From an uncultured Acidobacteriota bacterium (lineage in GTDB: Bacteria > Actinomycetota > Acidimicrobiia > Spongiisociales > ZC4RG35), in assembly GCA_963828465.1 (NCBI GenBank), contig CAWHEU010000020.1:1-64000 (forward strand): a DNA stretch of 64,000 bases, given 5' to 3'. The position numbers were made by a program, and so were the translations under genes. This document shows, in pieces, positions 10,096 through 17,814 of the stretch (position 1 is its first letter; every line of letters starts with the position of its first letter). Under the pieces are notes generated by a model. The model did no database searches and was not told the origin of the DNA. It worked only from the letters and a program-made list of their open reading frames with translations.

Positions 10096-10974
10096 GTGCG
10101 CGTCGCCACCTGGAACGTCAACTCGCTCAAGGCTCGACTGGAGGCCGTTGAGAAGTGGTTGGACCGGGCTGCGCCCGACGTGTTCCTCATGCAGGAGACC
10201 AAGGTGGCCGACGATGACTTCCCACACCTCATTCTCCAGGCGGCCGGATACGAAGTAGCTCATCACGGTGAGGGGCGATGGAACGGAGTGGCAATCGCGT
10301 CACGCGTCGGGATCTCGGAGGTGGTCACCAACTTCGGCGATGGCCCGGTGCGCGACAGCCGGGGCAGGAGCCAGGCCGAGGAGGACTTCGATCCGTTCGA
10401 CGAGGCCCGGATGGTGAGCGCGACATGCGCCGGGATCAGGTTCGTCAGCCTGTATGCGCCGAACGGCCGTCAGGTGGGATCGCCGTTCTTCGAGGGCAAG
10501 CTGCGATGGCTGGCCCGGGTCCATGACTGGCTGGCCGAGGAGCTGACGCCGAATGAGCCGGTGGTGCTCGGTGGCGATCTCAACGTCACTCCGGCCGACG
10601 AGGACGTGTGGGATCCGGAGAAGGCGCACGGCGGCACCCATGTCTCTTCCGAGGAGCGTGAAGCTCTGGCACGTCTTCGTGAGTGGGGCCTGGTCGACGC
10701 CTTTCGGATTTGTCGTCCCGAAGCGGGCCGCTTCTCATGGTGGGACTATCGGGCCGGAATGTTCCAACGCAACCAAGGAATGCGGATCGACCTGCTCTAT
10801 GTCACCCAGCCGGTTGCCGAGAGGGTGGTCTGGGCGGAGATCGACCGGGAAGCTCGCAAGGGAAAGCCCACTCCGTCCGACCATGCCCCGTTGGTCGTAG
10901 ACCTCGATGAGCCGGGGACGCCTTTCGATGCTGGTTGGGAGGGTGCGATGGCGAGGATCGCTACCCGGAAATAG
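10096..10974 (+). CDS. xth: Exodeoxyribonuclease III (AP endonuclease)
   Basis: ATWNVNS, MQETK, YAPNG, GDLNV, FSWWDYR, GMRID and SDHAP motifs. Confidence 0.95.
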   Translation: MRVATWNVNSLKARLEAVEKWLDRAAPDVFLMQETKVADDDFPHLILQAAGYEVAHHGEGRWNGVAIASRVGISEVVTNFGDGPVRDSRGRSQAEEDFDPFDEARMVSATCAGIRFVSLYAPNGRQVGSPFFEGKLRWLARVHDWLAEELTPNEPVVLGGDLNVTPADEDVWDPEKAHGGTHVSSEEREALARLREWGLVDAFRICRPEAGRFSWWDYRAGMFQRNQGMRIDLLYVTQPVAERVVWAEIDREARKGKPTPSDHAPLVVDLDEPGTPFDAGWEGAMARIATRK

Positions 10975-11057
10975 CCGCGAGAAGCGTCGTCTTCATCCTG
11001 CCTTCACAGGGCCTGAATAGTCTCGGATTGCACTGACATCGAGGGAGGGGAACGGTC

Positions 11058-11783
11058 ATGAGAATGGGCGCACAGAAGGCGATGTCCGCACTCGTCCTCA
11101 CGACGTTGCTATTGGCCGGGTGCGGGGGCGGGGCCGGGGACACGGCCACCACCACCGGTCCCGATGCGGGCGGGGCGGCCTCCACCTCGGCCGTCGTCGA
11201 GGAAACGACCACCACGGTGGCACAGACCACAACCACCGCGACAGAGACCACGACTGCCGCCGAACAAGGGGCAGGCATCGAGGACATCCCACCCGACTGC
11301 GTGGCCGAGATCGCAGCGATTCTCCAGGTCTTCGAACCGGCGGTGGAGGGCATCGACTGGGAGAACGCCACCATCGACGATTACATCCAGGTCATGACGT
11401 CCCTCGCCGGGACCTCCATCGGCGACACCACGGCGTGTGAGAACGTGGAGCTGGACATGAGCGAAGAGGAGGGGGCGGCGCTGTTCTTCGAGGTCGCCGA
11501 GCAGGAGGTACCGGGGGCCGTCGGCTACTTCACCGCGATCATCGCCATGAACGAGGCACTCGGGGACAGGCAGTCGACCGGGGAGTGTCAGACTGACATC
11601 GGCATCTTCGAAGAGGTAGTCGCCGGGGGAGTGCCTTTTGTCGACCTTCCCCTCCCCGAGCAATGGCTCGTGCTGAACCTCATGGGCTCGATCGGATTTT
11701 GCAACCTGCAAACCCAGGGGGAGCTCAGGTTCCGGCCCGAGGTGGAGGAGTTCCTGGCCGGTTCGCCTTTCGCCGGAGGCTGA
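11058..11783 (+). CDS. Hypothetical lipoprotein
   Basis: LLAGC lipobox, Thr-rich linker, acidic domain with four Cys. Confidence 0.8.
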   Translation: MRMGAQKAMSALVLTTLLLAGCGGGAGDTATTTGPDAGGAASTSAVVEETTTTVAQTTTTATETTTAAEQGAGIEDIPPDCVAEIAAILQVFEPAVEGIDWENATIDDYIQVMTSLAGTSIGDTTACENVELDMSEEEGAALFFEVAEQEVPGAVGYFTAIIAMNEALGDRQSTGECQTDIGIFEEVVAGGVPFVDLPLPEQWLVLNLMGSIGFCNLQTQGELRFRPEVEEFLAGSPFAGG

Positions 11784-11805
11784 TACCAGGCGTTGCCTAA
11801 AGTCG

Positions 11806-12801
11806 ATGGCCATGACTCCGACTGACAATCGCCAGGCCACCATCGACTGGCTGCTCGACTCCGATCCCTCGATCCGCTGGCAGGTGATGAGGGACCTCAC
11901 CGATGAGCCGGCCGATTTGATCGCTGTCGAACGCTCGAGGGTCGCCACGGAGGGATGGGGAGCCCGACTCCTCGCCCTGCAGGACTCGAACGGGCAGTGG
12001 GGCGGTGGCACCTTCCACCCCGAGTGGACGTCGACCTTCAACACCCTGGCGCTGCTGTGGGACCTGGGACTGGACCCGGCCAGCGAGCAGGCCCGCACTG
12101 CTGTGAGCCTGGTCCGGGAGAAGGTCAGCTGGGACGACTATCCGCAAGTCCCGTGGGCCGACAATCCATTCTTCGACGGCGAGGTAGAGCCCTGCATCAA
12201 CGGCCGGGTAATTGCCGTGGGCTCCTACTTCGGCCAGGACGTCCAAGGTCTGGTCAACAAGCTCCTCGGTGAGCAGCTCTCAGACGGAGGCTGGAACTGC
12301 GAGGCAGAGAACGGCTCTACCCGGTCGTCGTTTCACACCACGATCAACGTCCTGGAGGGCTTTCTCGAGCACGAACGCGCCACCGGCACCACCGAAACGA
12401 CGGAGGCCCGACTCAGGGGTGAGGAGTACCTCCTCGAACGACGCATGTTCCATCGACTCTCCACCGGCGAGGTGGTCGATCCGGCGTGGACCTACTTCTT
12501 CTTCCCGACCCGATGGCATTACGACGTGCTCAGAGGGCTCGACTATCTGCGGAGCGCCGGTGTCGAGCCCGATGAGCGATGTGCCGAGGCGATCGAGCTG
12601 GTCCAGAAGCGACGTGGCGAGGACGGGCGATGGACCATGCACTACTCGTACCCGGGTGAAGTTCATTTCGACATGGAGGACGGGGAGGGACACCCCAGCC
12701 GCTGGATCACGCTTGGTGCGCTGCGCGTCTTCGAGTGGTCGTATGGGCATTCGACGGTGAAATGGCCCGACAACGCTATGACCAGGGGAAACAAGGGTTA
12801 G
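11806..12801 (+). CDS. Prenyltransferase/squalene-cyclase-repeat protein; C-terminus altered by an integrated element
   Basis: WLLDSDPSIRWQVMRDL, QDSNGQW and QLSDGGWNC QW-type repeats, SRWITLGALRV. Confidence 0.85.
   Translation: MAMTPTDNRQATIDWLLDSDPSIRWQVMRDLTDEPADLIAVERSRVATEGWGARLLALQDSNGQWGGGTFHPEWTSTFNTLALLWDLGLDPASEQARTAVSLVREKVSWDDYPQVPWADNPFFDGEVEPCINGRVIAVGSYFGQDVQGLVNKLLGEQLSDGGWNCEAENGSTRSSFHTTINVLEGFLEHERATGTTETTEARLRGEEYLLERRMFHRLSTGEVVDPAWTYFFFPTRWHYDVLRGLDYLRSAGVEPDERCAEAIELVQKRRGEDGRWTMHYSYPGEVHFDMEDGEGHPSRWITLGALRVFEWSYGHSTVKWPDNAMTRGNKG
12748..12764 (+). repeat. Left att core (direct repeat)
   Basis: CATTCGACGGTGAAATG, identical to 16018-16034. Confidence 0.9.
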
Positions 12802-12810
12802 CCGGAACCC

Positions 12811-12830
12811 TGTGACACGCTGGTGACACG
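12811..12830 (+). repeat. Putative integrase arm-type sites, left
   Basis: TGTGACACGCTGGTGACACG, two GTGACAC copies; matches 15882-15901. Confidence 0.7.
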
Positions 12831-13031
12831 GGAGCCGACCCTCCAGCGGGGTGGCTCGCAGACCAAACCAGCCGCCACCAGTTGCGCTATTGGACCGGTA
12901 CTGCGTGGTCTGAGCACGTGTCGGACATGGGTGCCACCGACGTGGACCCCGTCTAGGCGGCCACGACCCCAGGGATCGTCCACACCCCAAATCGGTTTAG
13001 CCGTCGAGATAGCCGGGTAAGGGACTCGTAA

Positions 13032-13069
13032 GGAAAGGCCAACGGACCTTCGGGTTTGTTGGTCTTTCC
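13032..13069 (+). terminator. 17-bp hairpin with C(UUCG)G loop; terminator or ncRNA domain
   Basis: GGAAAGGCCAACGGACC-TTCG-GGTTTGTTGGTCTTTCC, fully paired with three G-U pairs, followed by a pyrimidine run. Confidence 0.65.
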
Positions 13070-13191
13070 CCTTTCTCGGGCTCGCAACGATGAAAGCCCG
13101 ATTCGTACTGGGCCTCTTCGGGAAAGCGATAGTGGGACGATGGGGGCCCAAGCCGACCCAATAGCCTTCCGGCGGTCCCCTAATCCCGGTA

Positions 13192-13225
13192 GGAAACCTC
13201 CCGGCGCCCGCACCGGGGGGTTTCC
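13192..13225 (+). terminator. 13-bp hairpin; terminator or ncRNA domain
   Basis: GGAAACCTCCCGG-CGCCCGCA-CCGGGGGGTTTCC. Confidence 0.6.
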
Positions 13226-13249
13226 GTTCATCCTCCTACCCTGCAACGG

Positions 13250-13537
13250 GTGGCCAGTGCTCTCACCTCCCGGGGTAGCACCACCCGATGGCGGAGAATC
13301 AGGAACGCTGTCCTCATCCGAGACAGCCACCGCTGCCAGACCTGCGGACAGCCGACAACCTGTGTCGACCACATCACCCCCCGGTCCCAAGGCGGAGGGG
13401 ATGTATGGCGGAACCTGGCCGCATCGTGCCGGCGCTGCAATGCGAAGAAGGGGACACGGCCCGGCATCGTGCTCAACACCCGGACTGGTCTAACTCTCGA
13501 TGAGCCCGGACCGCTCGGACGCAGCGTCACCCGCTGA
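13250..13537 (+). CDS. Small HNH endonuclease (phage gp74/McrA-like)
   Basis: RWRRIRNAVLIRDSHRCQTCG...VDHITPRSQGGGDVWRNLAASCRRCNAKKG, i.e. CxxC-H-N-CxxCN. Confidence 0.92.
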   Translation: MASALTSRGSTTRWRRIRNAVLIRDSHRCQTCGQPTTCVDHITPRSQGGGDVWRNLAASCRRCNAKKGTRPGIVLNTRTGLTLDEPGPLGRSVTR

Positions 13538-13546
13538 ACCAGATGA

Positions 13547-14062
13547 CTAGCCGACTGTCAGCGTTCCCTTCATGCCGTATGAGGCGTGGTTAAGAATCGA
13601 GCACCATATGACGTACTCACCTGGCTCAAGTCCACGCACCGTGTAGGAGGCCGAAGTTCCCGGCTGAACCGTGTCGCTCCTCGCAATCGTGTAGCCTTGC
13701 TTCAGCCCGATAGCCAGAGTATGAGACGCGAGTGGGTTTTCTGGATCTCCGGTGTTGACCAGGAAGAAGACAGTGTCACCGGGAGGCGCAGTCAATTCAT
13801 TTGGCCGGAAGTGAGGCGGTGGCCCCGAAAGCTCGACCTGCACCGATCCTGGTGGAGCGTCGCTGGCCACCTCCGTGATGGTGTCGAGCAACGTGGTCGT
13901 CGTGTTGGCTAGTACGGAAGTGGTAGGGCTGACCGTGGTGGCTACCGCAGCTTGCGTAGTCGTAGGCAGGGCCGTGGTGGTACTACCTCCTCCATCACCC
14001 CCTCCGCACGAAATCACCACGAGCAACATGATCGAGGTGGTGACGCGCCCGCTCCGTAACAA
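13547..14062 (-). CDS. Cupredoxin-domain lipoprotein
   Basis: VVISC lipobox, Thr-rich linker, His (SHTL) and C-terminal WCSILNHASYGMKG type-1 copper ligands; TTG start at 14062 after GGAGGA. Confidence 0.85.
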   Translation of the reverse strand: MLRSGRVTTSIMLLVVISCGGGDGGGSTTTALPTTTQAAVATTVSPTTSVLANTTTTLLDTITEVASDAPPGSVQVELSGPPPHFRPNELTAPPGDTVFFLVNTGDPENPLASHTLAIGLKQGYTIARSDTVQPGTSASYTVRGLEPGEYVIWCSILNHASYGMKGTLTVG

Positions 14063-14082
14063 GATTCCTCCCTTCAGGTGTC

Positions 14083-14241
14083 CTACCAACCCCCGACGTT
14101 GGGTGGTGGAGGATCATGGTCGTAGGGGCGTCCATGCTTCTTGGTCGGCTTCGTAAAAACGACAGCCGCGACCGCGGCGACGAGGAGCAGGAGCAACCAC
14201 CAATCCAGGATCCAGGCCCAGACGCTTTGCAGGAAGTCGAT
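14083..14241 (-). CDS. Possible small single-TM protein; start unclear
   Basis: Manual translation IDFLQSVWAWILDWWLLLLLVAAVAAVVFTKPTKKHGRPYDHDPPPPNVGGW*; no canonical start codon after the upstream in-frame TAG. Confidence 0.4.
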   Translation of the reverse strand: MDFLQSVWAWILDWWLLLLLVAAVAAVVFTKPTKKHGRPYDHDPPPPNVGGW

Positions 14242-14455
14242 GGTCGAACCCTACATGTCGAGTCTTTCGCTTCGCTGAGGGCGTATGCAGCCGAGGCCAG
14301 AGACGGGCCATTTTTTCTACACGACGCCAGCCGCGGACAGGCCCAAGTGCTTATCTCTCCCCCCACATTTCTTTTCCCGGGGGTTTGGCGGGCATCGGTA
14401 GACGGTGGCGTTTGCTGGCGCCTTGAGGCTTTTCCTGGCGTGAAGTTGGGTGCGC

Positions 14456-14665
14456 TTATCCCAAACGGGGAAAATCGGCCTCGTCGTCCTCGAAAACCCT
14501 TATCTGACGGGTGTAAAACTCTTCGATGGCGTGGATGGGGATGACTCGTCGGGCGCCGATCTTGAACGATCCGAGCTGACGACTGGCGACGAGACGTTGC
14601 ACGGTTCGCCGGCTCACTCGGAGGGCGTTGGCGGCTTCGTCGTAGTTGGCCACGAGCGGTTCCAT
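14456..14665 (-). CDS. Excisionase-like HTH (HTH_17) protein
   Basis: YDEAANALRVSRRTVQRLVASRQLGSFKIGARRVIP. Confidence 0.88.
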   Translation of the reverse strand: MEPLVANYDEAANALRVSRRTVQRLVASRQLGSFKIGARRVIPIHAIEEFYTRQIRVFEDDEADFPRLG

Positions 14666-14703
14666 CGGTCCCGAACTCTACGTCAGTGCTCGCGATCCAG
14701 TCG

Positions 14704-14895
14704 TCATGCCATGTTCCCGCTGATCATGGACACCATGAACACCGAGGCGAATACCGTCGAAACAACGGCGAGTGCCCAGAAGCGCTTATATCTCCGCGCT
14801 TCCTCGTCTTTGATCAAGTAGATCCAGGCGCCGACGGCAAAGATCGGGGAGAACAAGAAGAACCCGATCAGGTAAAGCATCCAACGAATAGGCAT
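14704..14895 (-). CDS. Small two-TM membrane protein
   Basis: Two hydrophobic segments separated by KDEEARRYKR. Confidence 0.6.
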   Translation of the reverse strand: MPIRWMLYLIGFFLFSPIFAVGAWIYLIKDEEARRYKRFWALAVVSTVFASVFMVSMISGNMA

Positions 14896-15269
14896 GGTGG
14901 GGTTACCGCTTCTTTTTCTCTGGGATCTGTGATTTCGTCTACCAGCGCTTCCGCGCGCCTTCAGAGCGCGCGCCTGTTAAAGCGGAGCCGGGCAGGGCTG
15001 GTACGAGCGGCATGCGCTCGACAAGGATTGATCGGCTGATCTCAATCGAACTTAATGCCAAGGCACGCGGCACTATTTGGCGCCGCGTCCCGTGGTGGAT
15101 TGTCCCGACCCGGCTCCGGTCGTCGAACTATGTTTGAGGGTTCCTGCGCAAGGGGCTCGTTCATCGTCTTTCGAGTGCCACGTAGGAGCGGGGAACCCCG
15201 AGCTGTCGAGTCACTTCAAGATCCAGGCCGGTCGGGCTTCTCCCGCGCTGGTCAGCCAAACTGTGCTCA

Positions 15270-15911
15270 GTGGCGATGTACTGCGACTTCTGCGGCACCC
15301 GACTCTCCGAGCATCCGATGACGGCCTGTCGTGTGCTACTGACCACCACGTTCTCTCCAAAGGTGTTGATGCCACGGGATGCCCGGAAGCTCCGGGAGGT
15401 AGCCCTGTGGACCGCGGGCTGGCCGATGGCAAGGATTGCCGCCGAAGTGGGGATCTCCACACGGCAAGTGCATCGGGATCTGGCTTCGAGGCGGAGATCT
15501 ATCCCGGCGCCGGCCAAAGTGGTCACCAGTAACGGTCACCGCTTCCCGGCCAAGATGCCTTCTAGGGAGGCCCGCGCTATTCGTCGGGCCCGGGCGGTCC
15601 GTCTCGTCGTCGGGGAAGGTTGGAGTGTCATCGAGGCCGCCCGGAGGATGGGCTGGCCGGCGACCACCATCCGCGAGGACCTCCAAGCGGTGGGTATCGA
15701 ACGGGTCGGGATGGTGACCACTCGGGATGGTCGGCAAATGCCTGCTCGACGCCCTACCGCGGAGCAACTCGGAGGACGCCGCGCCCGCGCCCGCGCCCTC
15801 CGCACTCAGGGTTGGACGTTCGCCAAGATCGCCGTCGAACTGGGTGTCAGCTACACGACCGCGGAGCGAGATGCTTCATTCCGTGACACAGCTGTGACAC
15901 AGGAGGGGTAG
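15270..15911 (+). CDS. Triple tandem HTH DNA-binding protein with N-terminal Cys/His motif
   Basis: Three repeats: GWPMARIAAEVGISTRQVHRDL, GWSVIEAARRMGWPATTIREDL, GWTFAKIAVELGVSYTTAERDA. N-terminal CDFCG...H....C. Confidence 0.8.
   Translation: MAMYCDFCGTRLSEHPMTACRVLLTTTFSPKVLMPRDARKLREVALWTAGWPMARIAAEVGISTRQVHRDLASRRRSIPAPAKVVTSNGHRFPAKMPSREARAIRRARAVRLVVGEGWSVIEAARRMGWPATTIREDLQAVGIERVGMVTTRDGRQMPARRPTAEQLGGRRARARALRTQGWTFAKIAVELGVSYTTAERDASFRDTAVTQEG
15882..15901 (+). repeat. Putative integrase arm-type sites, right
   Basis: CGTGACACAGCTGTGACACA, two GTGACAC copies in the same orientation as the left arm. Confidence 0.7.
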
Positions 15912-16017
15912 AAACGGGCGCATATTGGCGCGTACTGCTAAGTACGGTCGATTACCCGAAATCCCTGGTCAGACGCCCTTTTTCAGCGTTTCACCTGGTC
16001 AGCGATTTGCAGCCTGA

Positions 16018-16034
16018 CATTCGACGGTGAAATG
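16018..16034 (+). repeat. Right att core (direct repeat)
   Basis: CATTCGACGGTGAAATG followed by A, which restores the TGA stop of the target gene. Confidence 0.9.
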
Positions 16035-16190
16035 ACCACAATTCGGACGATGGAGCCGATCTCACTGACCGTCGACGACAGGACACCTGGAGTCAGGGGC
16101 ATTGTGGTCGGACGGGCTCTCCCCTACCCCCAGAACGACGACGTCGCCGCGGCTGTCGACCTCGCCGCCGGTATCGTCGCCAGGGACTGA
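16032..16190 (+). pseudogene. Short ORF resembling the C-terminus of a Cgl0159-like aldolase
   Basis: Manual translation ...PGVRGIVVGRALPYPQNDDVAAAVDLAAGIVARD*; resemblance recalled from the family, not searched. Confidence 0.5.
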
Positions 16191-16230
16191 ATCGAGTACG
16201 GCAATCGGGGCCGCTCCGCCCGATGAATCT

Positions 16231-16704
16231 CTAGTTGTTGTCGTGAGCGACAAGGAAGGCTTGCTGCTCCTCCTCCGACATCGCCTCCAAGCCGTTGAGG
16301 CCTTCGAAGTACTTCTCTCGCGGGCCCCCAGGAGCGAAGTGGATGAGCATCGAAGCCGGCGCCCCTGACTCGTTGCTGAAGCCGTGGATCCCGCCAGGCG
16401 GGACGTGGAGGAAATCGCCGACTGCGCCGTCGACCCATTCCTTGCCGTCGTACACGCGCACCGTGCCAGTGAGAATGTAGAAAGACTCTGCCATGGTGCG
16501 GTGGAAGTGAGGACTCGCTCCTCCCCGGCCCGGTCCCATCGACCACCGATAGAGCCCGAATAGACCGCCTGTGGTCTCGCCGGTGGCCAGGTAGTGCACC
16601 TCGGTCCCGCTGGACCGAACCAGATCTGGCTCGGCGCCCGCCCTCGAGATCGTGGCTGTGATCTCACCCTCCGATCCGTGATAGAGCGGGTCTGGATAAG
16701 TCAT
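16231..16704 (-). CDS. Cupin domain protein
   Basis: PHFHRTMAESFYILTG and VPPGGIHGFSN. Confidence 0.9.
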   Translation of the reverse strand: MTYPDPLYHGSEGEITATISRAGAEPDLVRSSGTEVHYLATGETTGGLFGLYRWSMGPGRGGASPHFHRTMAESFYILTGTVRVYDGKEWVDGAVGDFLHVPPGGIHGFSNESGAPASMLIHFAPGGPREKYFEGLNGLEAMSEEEQQAFLVAHDNN

Positions 16705-16746
16705 GGCCTTTCGCTACGTTACGCGGCACGCGAACAAGGAGAACGG

Positions 16747-17793
16747 ATGACCGCGGAGCCGGGTCCGGTGGCATCTCCAACCTTGGCCGATCAGGTCAGC
16801 AAGCTCTATGAGTTGATCGCCGGGTACCACGCCACCCACATGATCGAAATCGGGCACCAACTCGGGGCATGGGCAGCCCTCACCGAGGAGCCGGGTCTGA
16901 CCTCCGCCGGGCTCGCAGGCCGCCTTGGCACCGATGGCTTTTACACAGATGTCCTGTGTCGCACCGCCTTTGCCTTCGAGATTCTCGACCGGGACGGGGA
17001 GGGTTGGCGAATGGGGCAGCATTTCGAACAGATCCTCGGAGATCCAGAATCGAGCTTCTATCTGGCCGGGGCGGCCGGGGCTCACATGGAGGTGGGTAAG
17101 GACTACCCGGACTACTTGGATCATTTCCGGGAAGGCACGGTTCGTCCCTACCAGGAGCACGATGAGGCATTCATGCGTGAGGTCGCCGAGGCGCTCAAGG
17201 CACTGCCACGCATCTTCCTCGATCTGGTGCTGCCCCAACTCCCGGTTTTGCAGCAGCGTCTCGAGGAGGGGGGACGGGTGCTGGACGTGGGCTGCGGCGC
17301 TGGGTGGGCGCTCGTCCAGATTGCAGAGCGGTTTCCCGAGGTCGCATGTCTGGGGATCGATGTCGAGCCCTTCTCCGTCGCTCTTGCTCAAGAGCTGATC
17401 GAGGAGCGAGGTTTGTCCGACCGTTGCGAATCGCGTGTGCTCAGCGTCGACCAGCTAGACGAAGCAGGAAGCTTCGATGTCGCAACCAGCTTCCTGGTTG
17501 TTCACGAGATAGCGCCGGCGCTGAAACCAGGAGCCTTCGCCGCGGTCGCCCGGGCCCTGAGGCCGGGCGGCTCCTTCCTGATTTTCGATGAGGTGTACCC
17601 GGTCAGTGACGAGGCCCTGCGAGCCATGCCAACCCGCTTTGCGGCGTTGGCCCAGTGGTACGAGCTCACCTGGGGCAACGTGGTCGACACCCGCGCCGGT
17701 CTCGAGGAGCTCTGCAATCAGGCCGGGCTCACTGTCACCGAAGAGACGAGCTTCTCCCGGTTCCACATAGTGGTCGCAGAGAAGCCCGCCTAG
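16747..17793 (+). CDS. SAM-dependent methyltransferase with N-terminal wHTH-like domain
   Basis: VLDVGCGAGW, FDVATSFLVVHE, ALRPGG. Confidence 0.9.
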   Translation: MTAEPGPVASPTLADQVSKLYELIAGYHATHMIEIGHQLGAWAALTEEPGLTSAGLAGRLGTDGFYTDVLCRTAFAFEILDRDGEGWRMGQHFEQILGDPESSFYLAGAAGAHMEVGKDYPDYLDHFREGTVRPYQEHDEAFMREVAEALKALPRIFLDLVLPQLPVLQQRLEEGGRVLDVGCGAGWALVQIAERFPEVACLGIDVEPFSVALAQELIEERGLSDRCESRVLSVDQLDEAGSFDVATSFLVVHEIAPALKPGAFAAVARALRPGGSFLIFDEVYPVSDEALRAMPTRFAALAQWYELTWGNVVDTRAGLEELCNQAGLTVTEETSFSRFHIVVAEKPA

Positions 17794-17814
17794 TCGCTGG
17801 CCCGGTGCCGCCGA

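Larger units (their letters stand above)
12748..16034. mobile_element. Small integrated element (~3.3 kb) lacking an integrase gene
   Basis: Identical 17-bp CATTCGACGGTGAAATG at 12748-12764 and 16018-16034; tandem GTGACAC motifs inside both ends; phage/ICE-type small genes (HNH, excisionase-like HTH); low coding density. Confidence 0.85.

Noticed and set aside
13078-13115. Group II intron domain V or hammerhead core
   Set aside because: No AGC/CGC-triad DV stem and no CUGAUGA core could be fitted by eye.
13105-13160. c-di-GMP-I riboswitch-like GAAA...GTGGGACG
   Set aside because: The flanking GGCAAA and GCAAAG conserved elements are missing; partial resemblance only.
12830-13537. IscB/HEARO (OMEGA) or Cas9-like system
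   Set aside because: The HNH is only 95 aa, with no PLMP, RuvC or bridge helix, and there is no repeat-spacer array nearby.
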